IMG/VR virus record: IMGVR_UViG_3300023218_000202
Span: 3,833 to 67,832 of that record
Origin: a virus
Taxonomy: Duplodnaviria > Caudoviricetes
Length of the DNA: 64,000 nucleotides
Direction: 5' to 3' (one strand)
Shown here: positions 26,785 to 36,765 of the stretch, piece by piece
Numbering within the stretch: the first letter of the stretch is position 1
How the letters are laid out: each line of letters opens with the position of its first letter
Program-made: the position numbers and the translations under genes
Notes under the pieces: generated by a model
What the model saw: the letters and a program-made list of their open reading frames with translations, nothing else
The model's database searches: none
What the model was told of the DNA's origin: nothing

Positions 26785-28454
26785 TCCCCATGAACCGCAT
26801 GATCGCGCGAGAACAGTGGCTGCTGGGCTCGGACTACGACGCCAAGAACCGAACCAAGATCCGGGATCTAATCCGGCGTCGGCTGGACGAGGAGCTGGGC
26901 CGGATCATCCAGATGCTCGGCGAGATGAACCGCGAGGTCTACATCTCGACGGCACAGCAGCAGATTGCTTCGATCTTCGAGAAGCTCGACGACGAGCTGA
27001 GCGAATTGCCCAGCGACCACTTCGACAGCAAGGCCCAGGCCGAGCAGTGGGGACAAGACAAGGTGCGCATCGAAACGAACCAGCTCATGAAGCAGTTCCG
27101 CGAGGGCACCATCGGAGTGTTCGAGGGGCCGGTGGTGGCCACGGAGGTCGTGCTGAACACGATCCTGGTTGAGCTGACATCCGATTGGGAGATCGCATCG
27201 TTGGATCACAGCGTCGATTTCAAGCCGCAGATCCAACACTGGAAGCGGATCATGCGCGCGCGCATCCTGCTACTGGAGGGACGCGAGTTTCCCAGCTTCG
27301 AAGCGCTCAAACAGGAGGCCCGGGATATCTTCGATGAGGCGCTGGAGGGGCTTGCCGAAGGGATCGGGGGAATCGAAGGCGAGGCCGAGGTCACCCGAGG
27401 GGACTTCGAGCGCCTGGAGGCGGGATTCGAGGCAAACAGAAGCGACTGTGTCGTCCTGGTCAGGCTGCTCCCCCAGGTGCGAGACATCCTGCGCCGGCGT
27501 ATTCCCGACCCACAACTCTCCGCCGACTTCAACGATCTTTTCGACCGCATCGAGGACTGGCACGATCTCAACGACTGCTCGACCGTCGTGGGGACCATCG
27601 CCGCCCCGCGCCTGGTCGAAATCGTCCAGGACGCGAAGGTCGAGTTCGACAAGCGCGTGAGCGACCGCATCGGCGTGCCGGTGGGGGAGGCTGACTACCA
27701 CGCGAGCTTCGCCTCGCAGCTGCAGAAAATCCGGGGGCGGATCGGCCGCGCGCTCGAGCCCCTGATCGACCGGGCGGACAAGAGTGGGGAGATTGCGGTG
27801 TTTGTGGACGAACAACTGGGCCCCCTGGTCGAGGAAGCCGAGGCCGCCTACGGCGAGGTCATCAGCGAGGCCGAGCGGGTGGCCACTCAGATCGACGAGG
27901 CCGTCGCTCGGGCCGTGTGCCTGACGGGGAAGATCCGCGGTCAGGTTAACTTCTGGAGTCACTCCCCCTTCCCCGAGGTGTTCCGGCAGTTCGAGCAGAT
28001 CGCGGCTCAGGCCGGTGCGCTGCCCGACTGCGAACCGGGCCAGAGCCCGTTTCCCGACGAGGGGCTGCCCGGCGGGGGCGGCCCGGGGCCACAGGCGACG
28101 GAGAGCGCGCTGCGGGCGCGTGAGCAGGGGCCCGAGCGCGACGACTTCCAGCAGCCGCCGCCGGAGGAAACGCCCGGCCCCAAGGGGGGCTGGTTCCGGT
28201 GGGTGACGAAGAACGACGACCGGGTCCGGCGGGGGCACCGCGAGCTGCACAACAAGGTCTTCCGCTGGGTCGACGGCGCGCCGGTCGAGTTCACGGGCTA
28301 CGGCCACTTCCCCAAGGAGCCCAACTTCTGCCGCTGCCACGCCGAGGACCTGGGCGAGGACTACCAGCCTACCGGTAGCGAGCTCGGGCCGGGCGTCCAG
28401 CCGCCACCGCGCCCACAGAACCAGCGCGGGAGCCGCGGAGGCGGCCTTTCCTGA
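26781..28454 (+). CDS. Head morphogenesis protein (Mu gpF/SPP1 gp7 family) with long helical N-terminus
   Basis: C-terminal WVTKNDDRVRRGHRELHNKVF...HFPKEPNFCRC motif. Confidence 0.85.
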   Translation: MIPMNRMIAREQWLLGSDYDAKNRTKIRDLIRRRLDEELGRIIQMLGEMNREVYISTAQQQIASIFEKLDDELSELPSDHFDSKAQAEQWGQDKVRIETNQLMKQFREGTIGVFEGPVVATEVVLNTILVELTSDWEIASLDHSVDFKPQIQHWKRIMRARILLLEGREFPSFEALKQEARDIFDEALEGLAEGIGGIEGEAEVTRGDFERLEAGFEANRSDCVVLVRLLPQVRDILRRRIPDPQLSADFNDLFDRIEDWHDLNDCSTVVGTIAAPRLVEIVQDAKVEFDKRVSDRIGVPVGEADYHASFASQLQKIRGRIGRALEPLIDRADKSGEIAVFVDEQLGPLVEEAEAAYGEVISEAERVATQIDEAVARAVCLTGKIRGQVNFWSHSPFPEVFRQFEQIAAQAGALPDCEPGQSPFPDEGLPGGGGPGPQATESALRAREQGPERDDFQQPPPEETPGPKGGWFRWVTKNDDRVRRGHRELHNKVFRWVDGAPVEFTGYGHFPKEPNFCRCHAEDLGEDYQPTGSELGPGVQPPPRPQNQRGSRGGGLS

Positions 28455-28525
28455 TTCAGCCTGATCAAGACAGATTCAGAGTCATTGCTCCTCCCTACAA
28501 TCAAGGGTGAAAGGAGCGTGAGACC

Positions 28526-29053
28526 ATGCGACGCATCCATACCACGATTCTCGCGTTGCTGCTCATCGCCATCGGTCCCGCCGGCCCCGCGCTTGCGCAA
28601 GAAGAGGAGATCCAAGACACGCTGCGCGAGCTGCTGCAGGACCAGCGGGTCGACACCTGCGTGTCGTTTGTCGCACCGTTCCCGACGTTCATCGACGGCG
28701 AGGTGCGGGCCTGCATCCATCCCGAGCGGATTACGCTGGACGGCGGCGGTAGCCACCGCTTCCAATCAGGCTTCAATGTGGGGCCACTATCCGGCTCCTT
28801 CCGATCGTTTGCCGGGCTGTCCACCGTGGCGTTGGCTAACGACTTCTCGGTGGAGCAGTACGACTTCGGGGCCTTCACGGAGATGGCCCTGACCGTGGAC
28901 TTCGAGCTGGAATCCATCAGGTCCGAGGGGACGTTCGAACTGTTTGCAAGGTCCGATTTCGGCGTGTCCAACGGCATCCAGCTCGACTACGGCTTCCGGA
29001 CGGAGTTCAGCGTCCTCGGCCGGCAGGTCCTGGACGAGTCCGAAGGGATTTGA
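28526..29053 (+). CDS. Secreted beta-rich protein
   Basis: SD AAAGGAG; signal peptide ending PALA-Q. Confidence 0.7.
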   Translation: MRRIHTTILALLLIAIGPAGPALAQEEEIQDTLRELLQDQRVDTCVSFVAPFPTFIDGEVRACIHPERITLDGGGSHRFQSGFNVGPLSGSFRSFAGLSTVALANDFSVEQYDFGAFTEMALTVDFELESIRSEGTFELFARSDFGVSNGIQLDYGFRTEFSVLGRQVLDESEGI

Positions 29054-29061
29054 GTTAGCAG

Positions 29062-29301
29062 GTGTGGGGTACGCTGCTGGCCGCCGCGCTGGAATCCGTC
29101 ATCTTCACGCTGGTGACCGGCATGCCGTTTTGGTGGGCCTGGGGGCAGATCGAAGTCCCGCTGGGGCTGCCCGCCCTGACGTTACCCGAGGCGATGGCGC
29201 TGCTGTTCGTCCTGTCGGTCTTGGGCGAGAGGCTGCGGCGGCCGGCGCACAACCCACTGCAATCCATCATGAGAGGGGTGTTGCGCCGTGACCGAAGATA
29301 A
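29062..29301 (+). CDS. Small multi-TM protein (holin candidate)
   Basis: Mostly hydrophobic, basic C-terminus. Confidence 0.5.
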   Translation: MWGTLLAAALESVIFTLVTGMPFWWAWGQIEVPLGLPALTLPEAMALLFVLSVLGERLRRPAHNPLQSIMRGVLRRDRR

Positions 29302-29767
29302 TAGCCGGACCGAATCGACCTCACCTGGCGAGCACCTGCTGCGCTGGCGCGTGCAGCGATTGGAACAAGACCAGAACGAGGTCAGGCAGCACATCGCGGA
29401 CATCCAGGGGGACTTGCGCTTCCTCAAAGGCAAGATGCAGCCGATGTTCGCGTTCTTCGAGAACAACGGCAAGCAGAAACTCGCATTGGTAGTCCAGCGC
29501 GTCGAAGATCTAAAGCGCGAGCACGACCATCAGGAAGAGCGCGAGCGGAGCATCGAGGTTGCAAGGACGGGATCTCAAGCGGGCGCGCTGATGCAAAACG
29601 AACTGGCTCGCAAGATTTTCATCTGGGGTATCCCGGTCGGCATTGCCTACATCTTGCTGGACAACCTGAGCGGTTTCCTGGGCGAATGGCTCCAGGCCCT
29701 GGTCGAGCCGGCCACCACCGGCGCTTCGGCCTCGGCGGTTTGGGCGCTGTTTGGGATGTGGGCATGA
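29288..29767 (+). CDS. Coiled-coil + TM protein (holin/XhlA-like)
   Basis: RVQRLEQDQ coiled coil then a TM helix. Confidence 0.55.
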   Translation: MTEDNSRTESTSPGEHLLRWRVQRLEQDQNEVRQHIADIQGDLRFLKGKMQPMFAFFENNGKQKLALVVQRVEDLKREHDHQEERERSIEVARTGSQAGALMQNELARKIFIWGIPVGIAYILLDNLSGFLGEWLQALVEPATTGASASAVWALFGMWA

Positions 29768-30036
29768 TCCGTCTGCTTTGTCTCAGCGGTCTGATCCTGT
29801 TCTTCCCTGTGGCGGCGCAGGCCGAGCCGATCGTACAGGTCGACTTCAACCTCGACCCTGAGGTACAAGAGGAGATCCTGATGCTTATCGACTCGCTGCG
29901 GGAGAACATGACGGGCATCCTGAGCGAATTCCTGACGTTCTTCTTCTGGACCTGGGTGCTGTTCAAGGTCTACCAACTCCGGCATACCCGACGGCTGGAC
30001 AAGCTGATCGGGGCCCTGAAGGAGCAGCGGAGGTAG
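29764..30036 (+). CDS. Small membrane protein
   Basis: Signal peptide plus one TM; ATGA coupling. Confidence 0.6.
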   Translation: MIRLLCLSGLILFFPVAAQAEPIVQVDFNLDPEVQEEILMLIDSLRENMTGILSEFLTFFFWTWVLFKVYQLRHTRRLDKLIGALKEQRR

Positions 30037-30040
30037 GCCC

Positions 30041-30436
30041 ATGCGGGGCTTAGAGCTCGTGCTGCCGATCTACAGGCCCCGGAAGACCAAGGGGGTGCCG
30101 CGCGAGATCCCGCAGCGACATCAGCCAATGGCGCGCGTGATGCAGACGAGCCAGGGGCCGGACATCACCTTCAACGCGGCAGGATCGGCGCTGTTCGACG
30201 AGACGACTTACGTCAAGGTCTTTGTCCATCCCCAGCGCGGCTGGATCGCTCTCCGAACCGTGAGCGCGTGGCACGAGCACGCGTACCGGCTGCGGGCGCA
30301 CCGCTACTACTACCGGATCGGGTGCAAGCGCTTGTCAGAGGAGTACGGCATCGAGTACGAAACGGAATTCCAGCCGATCGTCCCCCTGGATGACGGAACG
30401 GGATACGCATTCCGGTTGGTGAGGAGCGAGCGATGA
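30041..30436 (+). CDS. Hypothetical protein
   Basis: 131-aa ORF coupled to its neighbours. Confidence 0.6.
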   Translation: MRGLELVLPIYRPRKTKGVPREIPQRHQPMARVMQTSQGPDITFNAAGSALFDETTYVKVFVHPQRGWIALRTVSAWHEHAYRLRAHRYYYRIGCKRLSEEYGIEYETEFQPIVPLDDGTGYAFRLVRSER

Positions 30437-30555
30437 CGGAGTTTTTCAGCGAGGTCGGGAAGGGCGTGCTCTGGATGATGGGGATCCTGTTTGTGGTGAG
30501 CCTGATCTGGGTCTTCACCGACTCGAACAACGGACCCCCGACGAAAGGAGCGTAA
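30433..30555 (+). CDS. 40-aa membrane peptide
   Basis: SD GAGGAG; MTEFFSEVGKGVLWMMGILFVVSLIWVF... Confidence 0.55.
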   Translation: MTEFFSEVGKGVLWMMGILFVVSLIWVFTDSNNGPPTKGA

Positions 30556-30560
30556 CGAGG

Positions 30561-31619
30561 ATGAGGAAGCTATCGATCCTGCTGCTGCCGTTGTTGTTCT
30601 TCCTGGCGGGGTGTGGCCTGCTGCTGGAGCCCGAGGAAGAGGTTGCCAATCAGGCGCCCGTGGCCGTGCTGGGCTACGGCGTGGCGCCCGCGCCGGCGGT
30701 GGGGACCGAAGCCGTCGAGAACCCGGTGTGGTTTGGCGACGTGAAGCTCTACTTGAGCTCGAACGACTCCCACGACCCGGACGGCGAGATTGTGGCCACG
30801 ACCTTTGAGCTCAACGACGAGCCGGTGCAGAACAATCCCGTGGTCGTACGCAGCCGGGGCGAACACGTGTTGGCGCTCACGGTAACCGATGACCAAGGCG
30901 CCCAGAGTAGGGATTCGCAGGTGTTCTATCTGGAGGACGAACCGGTCGGCCCCGAACCGCCGTCGGACCCGCCGGGAGGAGACCTGACGGCGTGCGAGGC
31001 AATTTTGGAGACGATGGAAGGTGGGGCCTCGTGCGATGAGAACGTCTGGATGGCCTTTGCGCGCGGCGTAGACGGGGACGGCGTCACCGTGGTACTGCAG
31101 CCGTTTGTCCAGGCGGAGCTGGTCGCGTTCAACGACCCGGAAGCAACTCGGTTTGCGACCAATCCAGAGCCAGAAGAGCCGATCCAGTTCCGCTACACCC
31201 TGAGCGCGCCCGTCGATGAGATCAGCGGGACCGCGCGCATCAAGCCGGTCGGCGAGCCTTCCAAGACGTTGCAGCTAACCACGGGGCTCTCCGGAGGGAC
31301 CGAGCTGACCGACACCGGATACCTGCGCGCGGGAATGGGGGTGGACACCATCATCACCGGCATCCTGGCGCTGGTCTCGCCGTTTATCATCGGTTTCTTC
31401 CGCTGGAGCGGGCTTAAAGGCAAGCCGGCATTCGTGTTCGCGGTGTTCATGAGTGTGGTCATCGCACTGGTGGCGCGCGTGGCGGCCGCTTTCATGGGAG
31501 GCCCCCCGCTCACCTTCGACGAACAGTTCTGGTGGGGATCAACCGGTGTGTTCTTGGTGGGCCAGACCGTGTTCCACAAATTGGAGGATAAACTGCCGCG
31601 CGCGCTCGGCAAGGGGTAA
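30561..31619 (+). CDS. Lipoprotein with PKD domain and C-terminal holin-like TM bundle
   Basis: Lipobox LAGC; NQAPVA...SHDPDGEIV...LTVTDDQGA (PKD); three TM helices at the C-terminus. Confidence 0.75.
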   Translation: MRKLSILLLPLLFFLAGCGLLLEPEEEVANQAPVAVLGYGVAPAPAVGTEAVENPVWFGDVKLYLSSNDSHDPDGEIVATTFELNDEPVQNNPVVVRSRGEHVLALTVTDDQGAQSRDSQVFYLEDEPVGPEPPSDPPGGDLTACEAILETMEGGASCDENVWMAFARGVDGDGVTVVLQPFVQAELVAFNDPEATRFATNPEPEEPIQFRYTLSAPVDEISGTARIKPVGEPSKTLQLTTGLSGGTELTDTGYLRAGMGVDTIITGILALVSPFIIGFFRWSGLKGKPAFVFAVFMSVVIALVARVAAAFMGGPPLTFDEQFWWGSTGVFLVGQTVFHKLEDKLPRALGKG

Positions 31620-31802
31620 ATCTGGTCCCACGCCGCCTTCGGGGTGGGCCGGCACCCATCCGGCCCGCCCTGTCTACTCCCAACGCTCCACAAAAATGCA
31701 GTTCCCAACGGGGATTTTGGGTTCAACGTCACGGCATAAAATGGCCTTAACTGGCTAGAAGTCTGAACCGATCAGGTGAAAGTTCAACCTGGGGGGTTAC
31801 AA

Positions 31803-34421
31803 ATGAGCAAGACTGCAAGGCGAACGATCGCAAGGGAACAGGACGAAGAGCGCCAACTCCAGGCCGGTGACGGCTCGGAAACGGACCAGCCTTTGGAAGA
31901 GGACCTGCTCATCGGGCCGAAGCGCAAGACGAAACTGCAGAACTTCGCCCGGGACATCTTCGAGGCCGCCCGCATCGAGCTGGTGGACCTGGCCAAGCAG
32001 GCTGGCTTCGAGGACGTCGACACCCGTCTGGAAGGCATCTGGCAGGAGGTCTTGGGCGAGCTCGAACGCATGAAGGAGGAGGACGCCAAGCCCGACGGCT
32101 CCCCCTTCGACAGCCTCGACGACGCGCGCGCCCACCTGGAGGCGTTCATTCAGGAGCGCGTGGACGGTTTGCGCGAGGAAATCAAAGCGGCCCAGCAGGA
32201 GAAGGACAAGCAGCAGGGGCCTGCCAATCCTGAGGAAGAGTCCTCCTTCGAGGTGACCGAGGAGATCGTCGAGCAGTTCGTCTCGGCCAGCCGGGCCGCG
32301 TTCGAGACCGTGGCCGACGAGGAGGGCAAGAGCGTTCCGAAGGAGCAGAAGCAGGAATTCATCGAGAAGGCGTTCAACGAGTTTGCCGAGGCGCTGCGTG
32401 ATTTCGTCGGGGCGGAGTTCACCGACAAGTCCGTTTGGGATGACCTGAGCACGGCGCGGCTTAAGGTGGCGCTGGAGAAGCTGCGTGCGCTGTTCTCCTC
32501 TTTGGGGGGCGGTGGGGATGGCGAGGAAAAGACGTTCATCGCCGGCGAATCGATGCTGGGGGTGGATTCGCCCACGTCGGTGGCGCTGGAGAGCGTGCAG
32601 TGCGTGGACGGGAACTGCGAGCTCGGTCCCGACAAGCGCAAGCGCTTCCTGGTGAAGGCGATTGAGCCGGGCATGAGTCTGAACAACTTCCACTACCCGG
32701 CCGAGCTCCTGCGCGCCCGGGCCAACCTGCTCGACGGCGTGCCTGTGCAAGCCTACGGCTTTGGGAAGTACGAGGCGATGTTTACGCACCTGCCCGATGG
32801 CCACGAGGAGCTGCAGCCTAGCGGCTTCCGGCTCAACCGGGTCGGGGTGCTGAAGGAGCCGTTCTGGGTCGGACCGGACAGCCGGGCCCACGAGGACTTG
32901 TACCACGAGTACGGCGAGGGGGCCTACGCGTATCTCGAGGTCGACCGCACCTCGGAAAGCTGGGCGGTGGACTACCTCAACGACGGCGGTGGCCTGAGCA
33001 TCTTCGCCGACATCGACGGGGAGTATCGTTTCGACCCGAAGAGCGATTCGGTCTACGTCTCGGTGGAGGACATCAGCCGTTTCCGCAGCGTCGACTTCGC
33101 CAGCCAGCCGGCCGCGGGCGGTAAGATCCTGCACGCGGTTGAGAGCATCCAGCAGGGGCGGAAGCATGAGATGCAGCGTTTCAAGGGCGAGGTGCTGGCG
33201 CTCGGCGCCGGCGAGATCCTGGATGCGGTCGGCGCGCCCGGCACCGCCAGGGAGCAGTCGGCCCAGCTCGATGCCGGTCACGGCGGAGACCCCGACGAGG
33301 GCGCGATCCTGGCGATCGATTCGTCGATCATCTCATCGCTCCAGGGGTTGATCCGGCGGGAGTTCCAGCTTTCGCCTTCGGACCCCGAGGTCTCGACCGA
33401 GCGCACCAAGCGCATAGCCGAATGCGCCTGGGCGCGGCTGTTCCTGCAGCACGACGACGAGCAGCGCGCCAACGACGAGCTACGCGCGCTAGTGCACGGC
33501 GACTCGATGGAGGGGCCGTTGCTGGAATGCGCAGACGAGGAGATGGCGAAGTTCCGACATGGGGAAACGATTCAGCAGTTGAACCTGGACGAGGTTGTCT
33601 CGATCCGGGGCTGTGGCGAATGTGGACGAGAACTTATCGCAAAGGAGAGCGATATGAGTAAGCAGAAGGCACTCGAAGCGGTGTCGGCCATGCCGCGGAG
33701 TCAGCTCCTGGGGCTGCGCCCCGATCTCAAGCCGTACCTCGATGCGTTGGATCGGGCCCGCGAGGCCGAAGGAGACGGTGAGGGCGGCAGCGGCAATGGC
33801 AACGGCGGCGGCGACTCGAATGCCGGCTCGTCCGGTGACAGCAACGGCGCCAACGGCGACCAGACCAACAGCAACGGCGGCGGCAACGGCGAGGGCGGCG
33901 GCAGCCGCACGCTGGAGACCCCGGCTGGCGAGCTGGACGAGAAGACCTTGCGCAAGTCGTTCGCGCAGCTGCTGGGATTCGAGGAGAACGACCCGCTCTT
34001 GTCCACGATCGTCAACAACCTGTTCGAAATCGTGGAAAACGAGGGCGAGGAAGCGGCCGACCCGCAGGCGCGCGAGGCCGTGCTCAACCTGGCCAACCGG
34101 CTGCGCGACCTGGAGAGCGACAAGGCTCGCACCGAGCGCATGCAGGTACTCGAGGACGCGCTGGCCGAGGCTCATCTGCCCGAGCCGCTGGAGGCGTACG
34201 TCCGCAAGCGCTACGCCAACAGGCGCTTCGCCACAGAGGACCTGCAGCACGAGGTCCGGGAGATGCAGGCCGTGGCCAACGGCATGCTGGCCGGTGCCAA
34301 CGGCGCGCTGATCGACCCGGCGCTGGGCGAGCTGGTCGCCCGCGAGGACGGCGGCGAGGGCAACCAGCTCCCGCCCGAGTTCGACGAGCTGCGCCGGGAG
34401 TTCCAGGCGTTCGCTTCCTAA
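31803..34421 (+). CDS. Prohead protease / scaffold polyprotein
   Basis: FTH, GLSIFA and SVDFASQPAAGG motifs (HK97/herpes-fold protease); acidic Gly/Asn linker and coiled-coil tail; upstream of capsid genes. Confidence 0.85.
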   Translation: MSKTARRTIAREQDEERQLQAGDGSETDQPLEEDLLIGPKRKTKLQNFARDIFEAARIELVDLAKQAGFEDVDTRLEGIWQEVLGELERMKEEDAKPDGSPFDSLDDARAHLEAFIQERVDGLREEIKAAQQEKDKQQGPANPEEESSFEVTEEIVEQFVSASRAAFETVADEEGKSVPKEQKQEFIEKAFNEFAEALRDFVGAEFTDKSVWDDLSTARLKVALEKLRALFSSLGGGGDGEEKTFIAGESMLGVDSPTSVALESVQCVDGNCELGPDKRKRFLVKAIEPGMSLNNFHYPAELLRARANLLDGVPVQAYGFGKYEAMFTHLPDGHEELQPSGFRLNRVGVLKEPFWVGPDSRAHEDLYHEYGEGAYAYLEVDRTSESWAVDYLNDGGGLSIFADIDGEYRFDPKSDSVYVSVEDISRFRSVDFASQPAAGGKILHAVESIQQGRKHEMQRFKGEVLALGAGEILDAVGAPGTAREQSAQLDAGHGGDPDEGAILAIDSSIISSLQGLIRREFQLSPSDPEVSTERTKRIAECAWARLFLQHDDEQRANDELRALVHGDSMEGPLLECADEEMAKFRHGETIQQLNLDEVVSIRGCGECGRELIAKESDMSKQKALEAVSAMPRSQLLGLRPDLKPYLDALDRAREAEGDGEGGSGNGNGGGDSNAGSSGDSNGANGDQTNSNGGGNGEGGGSRTLETPAGELDEKTLRKSFAQLLGFEENDPLLSTIVNNLFEIVENEGEEAADPQAREAVLNLANRLRDLESDKARTERMQVLEDALAEAHLPEPLEAYVRKRYANRRFATEDLQHEVREMQAVANGMLAGANGALIDPALGELVAREDGGEGNQLPPEFDELRREFQAFAS
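33654..34421 (+). CDS. Nested in-frame scaffold protein (internal start)
   Basis: Strong SD AAAGGAG 6-7 nt before the in-frame ATG 33654. Confidence 0.6.
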   Translation: MSKQKALEAVSAMPRSQLLGLRPDLKPYLDALDRAREAEGDGEGGSGNGNGGGDSNAGSSGDSNGANGDQTNSNGGGNGEGGGSRTLETPAGELDEKTLRKSFAQLLGFEENDPLLSTIVNNLFEIVENEGEEAADPQAREAVLNLANRLRDLESDKARTERMQVLEDALAEAHLPEPLEAYVRKRYANRRFATEDLQHEVREMQAVANGMLAGANGALIDPALGELVAREDGGEGNQLPPEFDELRREFQAFAS

Positions 34422-34439
34422 CGAAAGAGGTGAGTTTCA

Positions 34440-34859
34440 ATGGCCAGTGCCAAGGGAAAGATCACGCTGGCGACCACCCACGATGGGTTTGAGTTCGCCA
34501 TGCTCAAGGAGACCGGTGGTAGCGAGATCAAGGCCGGCCGGCTGGTGAAGCTGTCTGGCAACGGGATCGCCGAGGCCGAGGACGGCGAGGCCGCCATCGG
34601 CGTGAGCTACGAGGACATCCCGGCCAGTGGCCAGGGTGCCGTGGCGCTCTTCCGCGACGGGGCGCGCATCTACATCGACGCGGCCTCGGGCTTCTCGGCG
34701 AGCCACATGGACGCGGTGTACGCCGCCTCCGGCACGACCGTGGACGGCGGAACGAGCGGGGACCCGCTGCTGGGGCACGTCTTGACGCTCAGCCCCACGC
34801 AGGGCGGGCGGCTCGAGGTCCTGGTGGCCAGCACGCTGTTCCACTCGGAGACCAAGTAA
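34440..34859 (+). CDS. Capsid decoration/cement protein (DUF2190-like)
   Basis: Size and position between scaffold and capsid; IKAGRLV...AIGV...G.VA pattern. Confidence 0.7.
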   Translation: MASAKGKITLATTHDGFEFAMLKETGGSEIKAGRLVKLSGNGIAEAEDGEAAIGVSYEDIPASGQGAVALFRDGARIYIDAASGFSASHMDAVYAASGTTVDGGTSGDPLLGHVLTLSPTQGGRLEVLVASTLFHSETK

Positions 34860-34874
34860 GGAGAGTGTGACCAC

Positions 34875-35921
34875 ATGAGCACGAATGCACTGACGCGGGA
34901 GCGGGCGGGGCGTAAGCCCCGGTACGCGCGTGAGGACCTGCGCACCGCCGCCAGGAAGCTGAAGGCGCTCAACGAGCTGGGCGCCTCCAAGATGAACCTG
35001 GGCACGGTGCGCGAGTCGATCGGGCCGGACCTGTTCGACCACGTCATCACCACCGAGATCAACGCGCGCGTCCTTAGGCCGTTCGAGGACCCGAAGTTCG
35101 AGGAGTGGAAGAAGATCGTCACCGAGTCGGACGACCCCGATCTGCAGACACAGATCGGCGTGCGCCTGGGCGGCCTGGGCGACGAGCTCAAGCCCTTCCC
35201 CGGCCGGTTCGGAGAGACCGACATCCCGCCCGAGGAGAAGGTCGACTACTCGGTGAGCATCTACGGCGAAATCTTCGGCCTCGACTTCGAGACCGAGACC
35301 AACGATCGCCTCAAGGCGCTCATGAGCTTCGGCGACGAGCTGGGCCAGAAGTACTCGCGCGGGTTCCTCAAGGAGATCTTCGTCACGATGCTCCAGGACA
35401 ACCCGACGATCTACGACAGCAACAGCCTGTTTGACTCGACCAACCACGACAACGACCTGGACAACGGCGGCGCCGGCAAGGAGCTCAACTACGCCAACCT
35501 GCAGGCGGCGTGGGAGAAGCTCGCCGGCCAGACCAAGCTCGACGGGACACCGGTCCCGACCGAGGGGTTCTACATCGTCTGCGGCACGCCCAACATCATG
35601 GCAGCCGAAGACTATGCGGAGAACCCCAACAACCCGGACAACGCCAACGAGAGCCGCAACACGCTCAAGAAGCGCATCCGCGGCGTCATCTGGCACCGCT
35701 ACCTCGGCAACGACTGGTACATCGTCGCCCCGCGCGAGGAAGTGCCTGGCCTGCACGTGGGCTTCCTGAAGCCCTGGGGCCGCAAGCCGCTGGTCGACAC
35801 GCAGAGCGACCAGAGCGATGAGAGGTTCCGCACCATGAAGAAGAACTGGCGCGTGCGCTACGCCTTCGGTCTGGTGTGGCAGGAATACCGCGGCGTCGTG
35901 CGCGGCAGCCAGAACGTCTAA
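34875..35921 (+). CDS. Major capsid protein (Mu gpT-like)
   Basis: YGEIFGLDFETETNDRLKAL...LQDNPTIYDSNSLF...HDN motifs; strongly biased codons. Confidence 0.88.
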   Translation: MSTNALTRERAGRKPRYAREDLRTAARKLKALNELGASKMNLGTVRESIGPDLFDHVITTEINARVLRPFEDPKFEEWKKIVTESDDPDLQTQIGVRLGGLGDELKPFPGRFGETDIPPEEKVDYSVSIYGEIFGLDFETETNDRLKALMSFGDELGQKYSRGFLKEIFVTMLQDNPTIYDSNSLFDSTNHDNDLDNGGAGKELNYANLQAAWEKLAGQTKLDGTPVPTEGFYIVCGTPNIMAAEDYAENPNNPDNANESRNTLKKRIRGVIWHRYLGNDWYIVAPREEVPGLHVGFLKPWGRKPLVDTQSDQSDERFRTMKKNWRVRYAFGLVWQEYRGVVRGSQNV

Positions 35922-35939
35922 GGGAAGGGGTGAACCACC

Positions 35940-36395
35940 ATGCCCGTAGGTAGCTACACGGCACAGCACGGCAGCAATGTGACCCACTTCCCGAAGGTGG
36001 CCACCGACGAGGGCGAACTCTCGCCCCACGACTACTATGAGGTGTCCCTGCCGCTCGTCGGGTTGGCCTTGGGCGATGGTCACATCTTCTACCGCCTGAA
36101 GGATGCCTCGCGCTTCCTGGGGGCGTTCCTGTCGCTGAACGACACCGGAAGCTCCTCGGGATCGACCGACGTCATGCTGCACAACGCCACGGACAGCGCC
36201 GACCTGTTGTCCGCCGCGCTCAGCGTGGCCTACGACGCGGCGACCCCCTACGACGAAGACGAGAGCCCCGTGAGCGCGGAGCAGGAGCTGGAGGCCGACG
36301 AACTGGTCCGGGTCGACGTGGACGCGGTCCCGGGGGGTGGCACGCCTCAGGGCGTGCTCGTGCTTCGCTTCCAGGCGCTGAACCCGACCAGCTAA
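35940..36395 (+). CDS. Putative virion structural protein
   Basis: Beta-rich; directly after the capsid gene. Confidence 0.65.
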   Translation: MPVGSYTAQHGSNVTHFPKVATDEGELSPHDYYEVSLPLVGLALGDGHIFYRLKDASRFLGAFLSLNDTGSSSGSTDVMLHNATDSADLLSAALSVAYDAATPYDEDESPVSAEQELEADELVRVDVDAVPGGGTPQGVLVLRFQALNPTS

Positions 36396-36411
36396 CGGAA
36401 GGAGGGCGCAC

Positions 36412-36762
36412 TTGCTGAAACTGGATACGAAAAAGCTGGGTCAGGAGCTGGAGCGGTTCAAGGAGTCGCTCCCTCCTGGCCGGACGTTTGTCCCAGAACG
36501 AGACCTCGGCGTAAGCCAGGCAGCCATCGACGCGATGCTCTCCGGCGAGTACGGCGACCCGGAGGCCGTCGAGCGTTTGGCGGCCGCGCTGGGCTGCGAC
36601 TGCCTGGCCGACGAGTTCGTCGTGGGCGAATACCGCCTGGGGCGCAACGCGGCCAGCGAGCAGGCTGCTGTGGGCGAGGGTGACAGCGCCAAGAGCCCCG
36701 GCAAGAAGAAGGCGTCGAAGCAGGGCGGCAAGAAGAAGGCCTCGTCCAAGAAGAAGGGGTAG
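36412..36762 (+). CDS. HTH-like protein with Lys-rich tail
   Basis: LGVSQAAIDAMLSG...ERLAAALGC; tail KKKASKQGGKKKASSKKKG. Confidence 0.6.
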   Translation: MLKLDTKKLGQELERFKESLPPGRTFVPERDLGVSQAAIDAMLSGEYGDPEAVERLAAALGCDCLADEFVVGEYRLGRNAASEQAAVGEGDSAKSPGKKKASKQGGKKKASSKKKG

Positions 36763-36765
36763 CCC

